A DNA stretch of 64,000 nucleotides from an uncultured Acidimicrobiaceae bacterium (GTDB lineage Bacteria > Actinomycetota > Acidimicrobiia > Spongiisociales > ZC4RG35): contig CAYYRT010000407.1 of NCBI GenBank assembly GCA_964474055.1, positions 1,110 through 65,109 of the forward strand, in the 5' to 3' direction. Positions 9,208 through 17,828 of the stretch are shown here, in pieces; within the stretch, counting starts at the first letter, position 1, and the number at the start of each line of letters is the position of its first letter. The position numbers were made by a program, and so were the translations under genes. A model generated the notes under the pieces. The model did no database searches. It was not told the origin of the DNA and saw only the letters and a program-made list of their open reading frames with translations.

Positions 9208-10233
9208 GTGGACGTTCGATCTCTCACGACCGAGACCGTTGATTGGGACGCCTTCGTGCGGAGCACGGCCGGCGGCACCCCCTTTCACCTGATGGCCTGG
9301 AAGCGCGCGGTGGAGAACACCTTCGGCCACCGGGCGCACTACCTGATGGCGGTCCGGCGCGGAGGCCTGGAAGGCGTCCTGCCCCTCTTTGAGGTGCGCG
9401 GGTTGCTCGGGGGCCGTGGGCTCGTGTCAATCCCGTATGCCGTCTACGGCGGGATCTGCGCGTCGGCCGAGCCCGCGCGCGTGGCCCTGCTGGCAGCCGC
9501 TCGAGAGCTGGCTACGAGGACCGGCACCCAGTACGTGGAGCTCCGCCATCGGGCGGACCGGCAGATCGAGGGTCTGCCCACGAAGTCGCTGTACGCGACC
9601 TTCGCGCGGCCGATCACTGCGAGCGACGAGGAGAATCTGAACGCTATCCCGCGCAAGCAGAGGCGGATGACACGGCTGGGCGCCAGGTACGGACTGCGCG
9701 CCGAGGTCGGCTTGCGTCATCTCGACGCCTTCTGGCACGTCTATGCCCACAGCGTGCACGCGCTCGGCTCGCCGGTCTTCCCGCGACGGCTCTTCCACGC
9801 GATCGCCCAGGAGTTCGGAAAGGAGTGCGAGCTCCTGACCGTGTGGAAGGACCAGCAGATGGTCTCCGGGGTCCTGGCCCTGTTCTACGAGGACCAGGTG
9901 CTGCCGTACTACGGGGGCGCTCTCCGGGAGGCGCTGAAGTACTCGGTCAACGACTTCATGTACTGGGAGCTCATGTGCCACGCGGCACGGGCGGGTTGCC
10001 GGACGTTCGATTTCGGCCGCAGCCGCGAGGGCACGGGCGCCTACGACTTCAAGCGTCACTGGGGCTTCGAACCCGTGCCGCTTCCGTATCAGTATGTCCT
10101 CGCGGACGGTGAGAGCATTCCGAACCTCAGTCCCTCGAATCCGAAGATGCACATGGCGGTGCAGGCCTGGAAGCGCCTGCCCCTTCCCGTGACCAAGGTC
10201 GTCGGCCCCCGGCTGACGAAGTACCTGCCATGA
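9208..10233 (+). CDS. FemAB-family protein (aminoacyltransferase-like). Resembles the PEP-CTERM/exosortase-associated FemAB subfamily.
   Basis: About 340 aa with ..WDAFV..TPFHLMAWKRAVE.. and the general FemAB/GNAT-like architecture. GTG start at 9208 inferred immediately after the wecB stop. Confidence 0.65.
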   Translation: MDVRSLTTETVDWDAFVRSTAGGTPFHLMAWKRAVENTFGHRAHYLMAVRRGGLEGVLPLFEVRGLLGGRGLVSIPYAVYGGICASAEPARVALLAAARELATRTGTQYVELRHRADRQIEGLPTKSLYATFARPITASDEENLNAIPRKQRRMTRLGARYGLRAEVGLRHLDAFWHVYAHSVHALGSPVFPRRLFHAIAQEFGKECELLTVWKDQQMVSGVLALFYEDQVLPYYGGALREALKYSVNDFMYWELMCHAARAGCRTFDFGRSREGTGAYDFKRHWGFEPVPLPYQYVLADGESIPNLSPSNPKMHMAVQAWKRLPLPVTKVVGPRLTKYLP

Positions 10234-11471
10234 ACATCCTGATGCTGGGCCGCTGGCTGCCCCCGCCGCGCCGCGCCGTCCGGGCTATGCGCGAGTACCA
10301 GTTCGCCGGCCAGCTCAAGAACGCGCACCGGCTGACGCTCGCGTTCATGGCCGACAATCCGGACTCGGCCGGTCCCATCTCCGCGCTGCGGAGCGAATTC
10401 GGCGACCTCGAGTTCGCGGTGATTCCGCGCGGCTGGAAGTCCCTGTCGAGCGCCCTCCGCCTCGTGACCGGGGAATCCTGCACGCTGTCGTACTTCCGCT
10501 CGGAGGCGCTCCGGACCCGGCTCGCCGATCGGCTGCGGCGGACGCACTACGACCTCATCTTCGTGTCCTCCTCGACGATGATCCAGTACGCCCTGGAGGC
10601 GGACCCGACCATCCCGATGGTGATGGACTTCGGGAGCGTCGGCTCCGAGTGGTGGCTGCAGCAGGCCGAGCGTGGCGCCTTCCCCGGCACGCGGTTTTTC
10701 CGGACGGAGGCTGCGCGCCTGCGCGCCGCCGAGGCGCAGGCGGCCCGGCGGGCGGTCCTTTTGCTGTCCGACACCGCCGAGGCGGGGCGGATCGTCGAGT
10801 CGCTGTCGCCGGGCGCTAGGCCCACGGTCGTGCCGAGCGGAGTGGACGTGGAGGCCTTCCCGGCGCACCCGCCGGCCGGCAAGGTGCCGACCGTGATCTT
10901 CAGCACCTCGCTCACCGATGAAGCCGAGGTCAAGGACGCGGTGGACTTCTGCGAGTCGGTGGTTCCGGCGGTGCGCGCTCGGGTGCCGCAGGCGCGGTTC
11001 GTCGTGGCGAGCAAGGACCCGATCACCAATCCAGGAGCGGCGGGACGGCTGCGCGGCGTCGAGCTGCTCCAGTCGACCGACCTGCGCCTGCTCTTCCACG
11101 ATCGCGCGGTGGCGGCGGGGCCGCTGCACGCGGGATTCGACGTGCGCGGCAGCGTGCTCGAGGCGATGGCGGCCGGGATCCCGGTGGTCGCGAGCGGGCG
11201 GGTCCGGGAGCACCTGAGCGCGACCGCGGATGTCGAGCTGCGGGTTGGGGACACCGCGCCCGAGTTCGCCCGCCACGTGGTCGAGCTCCTGTCGAACAGC
11301 TCGGAGCGTCAGGCGATGGGCGCCAACGGGCGGCGCTTCGTGCGCGCGAACTTCTCCTGGGAGGTCTTCGGGGCTCGCCTGGAGACCCTGCTCACCGGCG
11401 CCGTGAAGAGCCGGTTGACCACGAACGGGGGCCCGGAGTCTCGGCCGATCCCGGCCGCGTTTGGCGGGTGA
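10230..11471 (+). CDS. Glycosyltransferase family 4. A diverged tandem paralog of the next gene.
   Basis: GT4 C-terminal E..(x7)E-like region. Paralogous to 11471-12685, but the N-terminal PYPPxxGDKxR motif is replaced by LPPPRRAVRAMR. ATGA overlap with the upstream gene. Confidence 0.65.
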   Translation: MNILMLGRWLPPPRRAVRAMREYQFAGQLKNAHRLTLAFMADNPDSAGPISALRSEFGDLEFAVIPRGWKSLSSALRLVTGESCTLSYFRSEALRTRLADRLRRTHYDLIFVSSSTMIQYALEADPTIPMVMDFGSVGSEWWLQQAERGAFPGTRFFRTEAARLRAAEAQAARRAVLLLSDTAEAGRIVESLSPGARPTVVPSGVDVEAFPAHPPAGKVPTVIFSTSLTDEAEVKDAVDFCESVVPAVRARVPQARFVVASKDPITNPGAAGRLRGVELLQSTDLRLLFHDRAVAAGPLHAGFDVRGSVLEAMAAGIPVVASGRVREHLSATADVELRVGDTAPEFARHVVELLSNSSERQAMGANGRRFVRANFSWEVFGARLETLLTGAVKSRLTTNGGPESRPIPAAFGG

Positions 11472-12685
11472 TGCGTATGCGCATTCTTATGCTCGCGCAC
11501 CGGATCCCGTATCCGCCGCATACCGGGGACAAGACGCGCGCCTTTCACATCGCGCGTCACCTGGCACGCCACCACGACCTGACGCTCGGCTTCCTCGTCG
11601 AGGAGCGAGCCGATCTTGACGAGCTCAACGGCCTACGGGAGGTCGTCCCTAACGTCGAGTTCGGGCGGCTCTGGAAGCCGTGGAGCCTGCTCAAAGGTCT
11701 CGTCGGACTGACCACCGGTGGGTCGATCAGCCTCCCGTACTTTCACTCGCGGAAGCTTGAGCGGCGCGTGACGCGCCGAGCCGCCGAGACCCCCTACGAT
11801 CTCGTCTACCTCTCCTCCACCCCGATGGCGCAGTACGCGCGCGCGCTCGGGGTGCCGGCGGTGATGGACTTCGTTGACGTGGACTCGGACAAGTGGCGCC
11901 AGTACGCCGAGCACAGCCGCCCGCCCCGGAGCTGGCTCTACCGGACCGAGGGTCGCCGACTCCAAGCCGCCGAGGCCGACATCGCACGCTGGGCGAATCT
12001 CTGCGTGCTCGCCACCAAGGCCGAGGAGACCCTGCTCCGCTCGTTCGCACCGTGGGCCCGCACCGCGGTGGTCACGAACGGCATCGCCCTCGACTACTAC
12101 AAGCCGGTCGAGCGCGAGAGCGTGCCCCCCGCCGTGATCTTCACCGGGGCCATGGACTATCTGCCCAACATTGACGCGGTCCGGCACTTCTGCGACGAGA
12201 TGTTGCCCCGGATCCGGCAGCGAGTTCCCGAGACGCGCTTCTACATCGTCGGGCTGAATCCTCCCGGGGAAGTCCGGCGCCTCGTCGACATCCCGGGGGT
12301 CGTGGTCACCGGCACGGTCCCGGATGTGCGGCCCTACTACGGCCGCGCCGCGGTCTGCGTGGCGCCGCTACGCATCGGCCGGGGCGTCCAGAACAAGGTT
12401 CTCCAGTCAATGGCGATGGGTGTGCCGGTGGTGGCCAGCAGCGTGGCCCAGCGGGGACTCGAGGCGGTGCCCGGCAAGCACCTGTACGTCGAGGACGACC
12501 CCATCGCGGTCGCCGATCGCGTCGTGTCGCTGCTGGCTTCGCCCGCAGCCGCCGCGGCCATGGGCCTTCAGGGGCGCGCGTTCGTCGAGTCACACCACTC
12601 CTGGGACGCCTCCTGCTCGCGCCTCGAAAGCATGCTCCTGACGCTCGCCAGGCCCGGCGCGCATCTCGCGCGGATGCCCGCATGA
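11471..12685 (+). CDS. Glycosyltransferase family 4, PEP-CTERM/EpsH1-system-associated sugar-transferase type.
   Basis: N-terminus MRILMLAHRIPYPPHTGDKTRAFH is the characteristic start of this family. GT4 C-terminal domain present. Confidence 0.8.
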   Translation: MRMRILMLAHRIPYPPHTGDKTRAFHIARHLARHHDLTLGFLVEERADLDELNGLREVVPNVEFGRLWKPWSLLKGLVGLTTGGSISLPYFHSRKLERRVTRRAAETPYDLVYLSSTPMAQYARALGVPAVMDFVDVDSDKWRQYAEHSRPPRSWLYRTEGRRLQAAEADIARWANLCVLATKAEETLLRSFAPWARTAVVTNGIALDYYKPVERESVPPAVIFTGAMDYLPNIDAVRHFCDEMLPRIRQRVPETRFYIVGLNPPGEVRRLVDIPGVVVTGTVPDVRPYYGRAAVCVAPLRIGRGVQNKVLQSMAMGVPVVASSVAQRGLEAVPGKHLYVEDDPIAVADRVVSLLASPAAAAAMGLQGRAFVESHHSWDASCSRLESMLLTLARPGAHLARMPA

Positions 12686-14577
12686 GCGTCCCCGTGCCCT
12701 TCCTTGAAGCGCAGGCGTTCTCCGTCATGGGCGGGCTCGCGCCCGCGCCGGCCCGCCCGGTCACGGGCGAGGCGCTTCGGGCGATGGCTAGGCGCGTGAT
12801 CCAGGAGCCGGGCGCCATCTGCGCAGGGGCCGAGCCGGTCGGTCTGTTCGGCTCCGGCCGGGCCCGGATCGAGCGCGGCGACGCGGTCTGGGTGGCCGCG
12901 GAAGCCGACCTGCTAAACCTGGACGAGCTGCGCGCCGTGGCCGGGCTCGACGAGGCGCAGGCCCAGGCCGGCCTGCTCTCGCGCCTGTACGAGATGGAGG
13001 GGCCTGCGTTCCTCCGGCGGCTGCGCGGCGCCTTCGCTGTGGCGCTGTGGGACCGGCGGCAGCGGGCTCTGCTCCTGGCCGTGGACCCCTTCGGGATGAG
13101 GCGTCTGTACTACGCGGCCGATGTCCGGGGTACCGCCTTCGCGTCGCGCCTGGCCGCGCTGCGGGCCGGCCTCGCCCAGGCAGCGCCCATCGAGCCGGCC
13201 GCCATCTTCAGCTATCTGAACTTCGGCTTCATTCCGGCGCCCGAGACGCCCTTCACCGGCATCCGCCGCGTGCCCCCCGGACACGTGTTCCACGTCCGTC
13301 AGGGCTACAGCAAGCTCGAGCCCTACTGGGACATGAGCTACCCGGAGGAGCGCCACCGGGAGGAACGCGCGGCGGCCAGCTTGTACCGGCTGAGCCACGA
13401 AGCGGTTCGCGAGGCGCTGGCGCAGTCGGATCCGAGCGAGATAGGCGCCTTCCTGAGTGGGGGGACCGACAGCAGCACGGTGGTCGGCCTGATGACCCGC
13501 ATCACGGGGGGGGCGGTCCGCGCGTTCTCGATCGGCTTCCACGAGGATCGTTACGACGAGCTGCAGTACGCGAAGCTGGCCGCGCGGGCTTTCGGCGCGA
13601 CCCATCACACGCGGATCATCAAACCCGACGACGCGCTCGCCGCGCTGCCGCGGCTCGTCGAGGCCTACGACGAGCCCTTTGGCAACAACTCCGCCATCGG
13701 GGTCTACTTCTGCGCGCGCTTGGCCCGCGAGTACGGGGTCTCCCGGCTCCTGGCTGGCGATGGGGGCGACGAGATCTTCGGCGGCAACGAGCGGTACCGC
13801 ACCGATCGCATCTTCGCCCGCTACTCGAGCCTGCCCGCCGCGCTCCGTCACGGATTGCTCGAGCCGGTGCTGCTCGGCCTGCCCGTCGGCGTGCCCGGCA
13901 TCCTGGGCCGGGCCCAGCGCTATATCCGCCGCGCCAACATCCCGAACCCGCGCCGGTTCTACTCCTACGAGTTCCACGTCGCCCAAAACGCGGTTGAGAT
14001 GCTGGAGCCGTCTTTCCTGCGGCAGGCGGCGGCCACGGGGCCGTGGGGCGTGCTCGAGGAGCACTTCGCCCGCGTCCAGGCCAGCTCCGAGCTCAACCGA
14101 CTGATGTACCTCGACCTCAAGCTCACGATCGGCGACAACGACCTCTTCAAGGTCACCCGTACGTCCGAGCTGGGCGGCGTCGAGGTGCGCTTCCCATTCC
14201 TGGACCGGCCGCTGGTCGAGTTCACCGGCACATTGCCGCCCGAGTTCAAGGTGCGTGGGCTCGAGAAGCGGTATCTGTTCAAGCGCTCGTTCCGCGGGCT
14301 CCTGCCGAAGGAGATCCTGGCCAAGCAGAAGCACGGCTTCGGCGTGCCCACGTCCGACTGGCTCCGGAGCCATCGGGGGATTCGCGAGATGGCGCGCGAC
14401 GTCCTGCTGGAGAGCCGGACCGCGGACCGTGGGTATTTCCGGCGCGGAGTTCTGGAGCGCCTGTTCGAGCAGCTCGTCGCGGACAGCACGCCGTTCTACG
14501 GGGACGTCCTCTGGACGCTCCTGATGCTCGAGCTCTGGCACCGCCGTCACGTAGACGGCTGCGGGCTCGGCGGATGA
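12682..14577 (+). CDS. Asparagine-synthetase-like amidotransferase lacking the N-terminal catalytic Cys (degenerate glutaminase domain).
   Basis: Synthetase-domain PP-loop AFLSGGTDSS and conserved AsnB C-terminal blocks are present. The N-terminus has no MCG, HRGPD or YNGEIYN motifs. ATGA overlaps on both sides. Confidence 0.75.
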   Translation: MSVPVPFLEAQAFSVMGGLAPAPARPVTGEALRAMARRVIQEPGAICAGAEPVGLFGSGRARIERGDAVWVAAEADLLNLDELRAVAGLDEAQAQAGLLSRLYEMEGPAFLRRLRGAFAVALWDRRQRALLLAVDPFGMRRLYYAADVRGTAFASRLAALRAGLAQAAPIEPAAIFSYLNFGFIPAPETPFTGIRRVPPGHVFHVRQGYSKLEPYWDMSYPEERHREERAAASLYRLSHEAVREALAQSDPSEIGAFLSGGTDSSTVVGLMTRITGGAVRAFSIGFHEDRYDELQYAKLAARAFGATHHTRIIKPDDALAALPRLVEAYDEPFGNNSAIGVYFCARLAREYGVSRLLAGDGGDEIFGGNERYRTDRIFARYSSLPAALRHGLLEPVLLGLPVGVPGILGRAQRYIRRANIPNPRRFYSYEFHVAQNAVEMLEPSFLRQAAATGPWGVLEEHFARVQASSELNRLMYLDLKLTIGDNDLFKVTRTSELGGVEVRFPFLDRPLVEFTGTLPPEFKVRGLEKRYLFKRSFRGLLPKEILAKQKHGFGVPTSDWLRSHRGIREMARDVLLESRTADRGYFRRGVLERLFEQLVADSTPFYGDVLWTLLMLELWHRRHVDGCGLGG

Positions 14578-15581
14578 GCGCGCTGACCTCGTCGCTGCTG
14601 CGCTGGACGGCCACCGGGCTGCACGCGGCCTGCCTGTCGGGACCCGTGTCGCGGGCTCTCGGCTACGCGAGCGCGGCGCCGACCTTCCCGATCCTGTCGT
14701 ATCACCGGGTCAACGACGAGGGTGATCCGTTCTTTCCCTCGCTGCCCACCGAGATCTTCGAGCGGCAGATGACCTTCGTGGCCCGCGTCTACGTGGTACT
14801 CACGGTCGAGGAACTTGCCGAGCGCATGCGGAGGCGAGCGGTGCCGCGCAACGCGCTGGCCATCACTTTCGATGACGGTTATCGGGACAACCTGACCTAC
14901 GCCGCCCCGATCCTCGCACGGCTCGGGCTTCCCGCCACCGTCTTCCTCGCCACCGGGCCGATCGCTGGCGGAGAGTCCCTGTGGTTCGATCGCCTGGCCG
15001 CGGCCTTCAAGCAAGCCGCCACCCTCGCCTGGCGGGCGCCCTGGGGTGAGAGGCTGCCCCTCGAGACGCCGGCCCAACGCCTGGCCGCGCTCGGGCAGAC
15101 GCTCGGCCGCTTCAAGCGACTCGTCAACGAGGAGCGGCGACGCAAGGTCGAGCAGGTCCTGCTGACGCTAGGAACCGGTGACGACCGTCCGCTCAAGAAC
15201 CTCATGCTGGGCTGGGACGACGTGCAGGCGCTGATGGGTCTCGGCATCACGATCGGCGCCCACACCGTGACCCATCCAATCCTGTCCCAGCTCACACCGG
15301 AGGAAGCCCACGCCGAGATCTTCGAGTCGCACCGTATGATCAAGGCGGCCTGCGGCCGGGCCCCGCGAGCGTTCGCGTACCCCAATGGGCGGCCCGACGA
15401 CTATAGTCCAGCGATCCTCGCGCTCGTACGCGAGGCGGGCTTCACGTGCGCGGTGACGACCACGTTCGGCGTCAACACCCTGAGCACGCCGCCTTACGAG
15501 CTGCGCCGGGGCGGGCCGTGGGAATCCCATCTACCAACCTTTGCGCTCAAACTCGCGGGCTACCGGCTGACCGAGGCGTGA
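14574..15581 (+). CDS. Polysaccharide deacetylase (NodB/CE4 family).
   Basis: ILSYHRV..ALAITFDDGYRDN..ATVFLATG..HTVTHPIL motifs typical of NodB-fold deacetylases. Confidence 0.75.
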   Translation: MSALTSSLLRWTATGLHAACLSGPVSRALGYASAAPTFPILSYHRVNDEGDPFFPSLPTEIFERQMTFVARVYVVLTVEELAERMRRRAVPRNALAITFDDGYRDNLTYAAPILARLGLPATVFLATGPIAGGESLWFDRLAAAFKQAATLAWRAPWGERLPLETPAQRLAALGQTLGRFKRLVNEERRRKVEQVLLTLGTGDDRPLKNLMLGWDDVQALMGLGITIGAHTVTHPILSQLTPEEAHAEIFESHRMIKAACGRAPRAFAYPNGRPDDYSPAILALVREAGFTCAVTTTFGVNTLSTPPYELRRGGPWESHLPTFALKLAGYRLTEA

Positions 15582-15604
15582 GAGATCCCGAGGAGATCTG
15601 AGCC

Positions 15605-17287
15605 ATGTGCGGAATCGTCGGATACGTTGGCAACCGGAACGCCGCCGAGATCATCGTGGACGGCCTGAAGCGGCTCGAGTATCGCGGCTACGACTCGGCC
15701 GGTGTCGCGGTGGTGGACGGAGACCGGATCGAGCTCCGGCGGGCGGCGGGGAGAATCGCAGAGCTCGCGAGGCTGCTGCAGGAGCGGCCGGTTGGGGGCA
15801 CCGTCGGTCTCGGCCACACGCGCTGGGCGACTCATGGCCGTCCGTCGGAGGTCAACGCGCATCCACACGGTGACTGCACCGGCTCTCTGGTGGTCGTGCA
15901 CAATGGCATCCTCGAGAACTACTTGAGTCTCAAGGAGCGCCTACTCGAGCACGGTCACCGGTTCCGGTCCGAGACGGATACCGAGGTGATCGCGCACCTC
16001 GTGGAGGCGCACATCTCCAATGGCCTTCCCCTGGCCGCCGCCGCGCAGGCTGCGCTCCGAGAGGTGCGGGGAGCGTATGCGATCGGCATTCTTTCGATAA
16101 GCGCGCCGCGACAGCTCATCGTGGCCAAGCACGGCGCGGGCGCGGTGGTGATGGGACTGGGCGCAGACGAGATCCACGTCGCCTCCGACATTCCCGCTTT
16201 GCTCCCACATACCCGCGACGTGCTAGTTCTGGAGGACGGCGAGACGGCCGTCGTGACGCCGGCCGGGATCTGCCTGAGCACGGTGGATGGCCGCAGCGTG
16301 AGTCGGGCCCCGATCCGTATCACGTGGGATGCCACCATGGCGGAAAAAGGCGGCTATCGCCACTTTATGGCAAAGGAGATCTTCGAACAGCCGCGGGCGG
16401 TGACCGACACCTTCCTGGGACGTGTGGACATCGAGCACGGCTCGGTGAGCATTCCCGAGGCCAAGCTGACGCCGGACCTTCTCATCCCGATCCAGCGGGT
16501 CGTCCTGGTCGCCTGCGGCACGTCCTATCATGCCGCCTTGATAGGACGGACGATGGTCGAACGCTTGGCCGGGCTGCCTGCCGACGTCGCGGTCGCGTCC
16601 GAGTTCCGATATTCGGACCTGATCTTGGGGCCCGGCACCTTGATCGTCGCTATCTCTCAGTCCGGGGAGACCGCCGATACGATCGGCGCCGTGAAGGCGG
16701 GGCGGCGGTTGGGAGCCCCGGCGCTGTCCATCACGAATGTCGTAGGCTCAGCGCTTGCTCGTGAGTCAGATGGCGTGGTCTACACCCACGCCGGTCCGGA
16801 GATCGGCGTGGCCTCGAGCAAGACCTTCACGGCCACGCTTGCCGCGTGCTACATGCTGGCTCTCGCGATGGGCCGCATTCGCGGCCATCTGAGTGAGGCG
16901 GACGGGCGGAAGCGGGTCGAAGATCTTCTCGAGATGCCGAGGCTCATGGAGTCCGCCCTCACCGCCGACGCGCCTGCGGCCGTGCTCGCGCGAAAGCTTA
17001 CCGCCTACGAACACTTGCTATATCTTGGGCGCGGGGTTCAGTATCCGGTGGCACTGGAGGGCGCACTGAAAATGAAAGAGATCTCATACGTGCACGCCGA
17101 AGGGTACGCCGCCGGTGAGATGAAGCATGGACCGATAGCGCTGATTGACGACCGGATGCCGGTGATCGCGATAGCTCCTCGTGACCCATCCCACGACCGC
17201 ATGCTGGGCACGATCGAAGAGGTGCGGGGGCGAGACGGACACGTAGTCGCGCTGTGCCATGCGGACGACGCCGCGATCGCGGAGTAG
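15605..17287 (+). CDS. glmS: Glutamine--fructose-6-phosphate aminotransferase-like protein (GlmS-like). About 50 aa shorter at the C-terminus than canonical GlmS.
   Basis: MCGIVGYVG N-terminal nucleophile and two SIS domains (GTSYHAAL; AISQSGETADT; EGYAAGEMKHGPIALID). Ends at ...ALCHADDAAIAE without the conserved C-terminal tail. Confidence 0.75.
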   Translation: MCGIVGYVGNRNAAEIIVDGLKRLEYRGYDSAGVAVVDGDRIELRRAAGRIAELARLLQERPVGGTVGLGHTRWATHGRPSEVNAHPHGDCTGSLVVVHNGILENYLSLKERLLEHGHRFRSETDTEVIAHLVEAHISNGLPLAAAAQAALREVRGAYAIGILSISAPRQLIVAKHGAGAVVMGLGADEIHVASDIPALLPHTRDVLVLEDGETAVVTPAGICLSTVDGRSVSRAPIRITWDATMAEKGGYRHFMAKEIFEQPRAVTDTFLGRVDIEHGSVSIPEAKLTPDLLIPIQRVVLVACGTSYHAALIGRTMVERLAGLPADVAVASEFRYSDLILGPGTLIVAISQSGETADTIGAVKAGRRLGAPALSITNVVGSALARESDGVVYTHAGPEIGVASSKTFTATLAACYMLALAMGRIRGHLSEADGRKRVEDLLEMPRLMESALTADAPAAVLARKLTAYEHLLYLGRGVQYPVALEGALKMKEISYVHAEGYAAGEMKHGPIALIDDRMPVIAIAPRDPSHDRMLGTIEEVRGRDGHVVALCHADDAAIAE

Positions 17288-17309
17288 AGAGAGGCGGCAA
17301 GACATCGCC

Positions 17310-17828
17310 ATGACCACCCGGACGTCGATATCGTTTCGGACGAGACGCGTGTTGAGCAGCACCGTATTGGGCGGTGCCCTCGTATTGGGTAGTAGCCTGT
17401 CGACGGCGGCGCCGGGGCGGGCGCAGGTAGGCCAGCCGGTTGATCTCTTCAATCACACGTTCGACCGTAAGGTCGTCACCGTGCAGGTGCGCTCTGCTCT
17501 TCCCACCGCGGTCGATGGGCTCGAGCGGCTCGTGACCGCGACAGACGTCCGACAAGCACAACAGGCGATGGTGTCGATCAGGAACACGTATCGTTACCTG
17601 CGGGCGGCACAGGAGAGCATCACCCTCATTCATCAGCAAGCCAAGTACCCTGATCCGCTCGCCCCGGTGTACGCGAAGCGGATGTGGGAAGTGCGCGCCC
17701 ATTTGCTCAAGTGCCTTGATACGCGCGACACTCTCACCCCTGACAACCCAGAAAGTGTGGCCATGTGCGCCGACGAGCTCACCGAGGGAATTCGGAAGCT
17801 TCGCATCCTGGTCACACTCTTGCCGTGA
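17310..17828 (+). CDS. Hypothetical small secreted protein (predicted signal peptide).
   Basis: N-terminus MTTRTSISFRTRRVLSSTVLGGALVLGSSLSTAAPGRAQ is signal-peptide-like. It fills the only gap in the operon and its stop overlaps the downstream start (TGATG). Confidence 0.4.
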   Translation: MTTRTSISFRTRRVLSSTVLGGALVLGSSLSTAAPGRAQVGQPVDLFNHTFDRKVVTVQVRSALPTAVDGLERLVTATDVRQAQQAMVSIRNTYRYLRAAQESITLIHQQAKYPDPLAPVYAKRMWEVRAHLLKCLDTRDTLTPDNPESVAMCADELTEGIRKLRILVTLLP

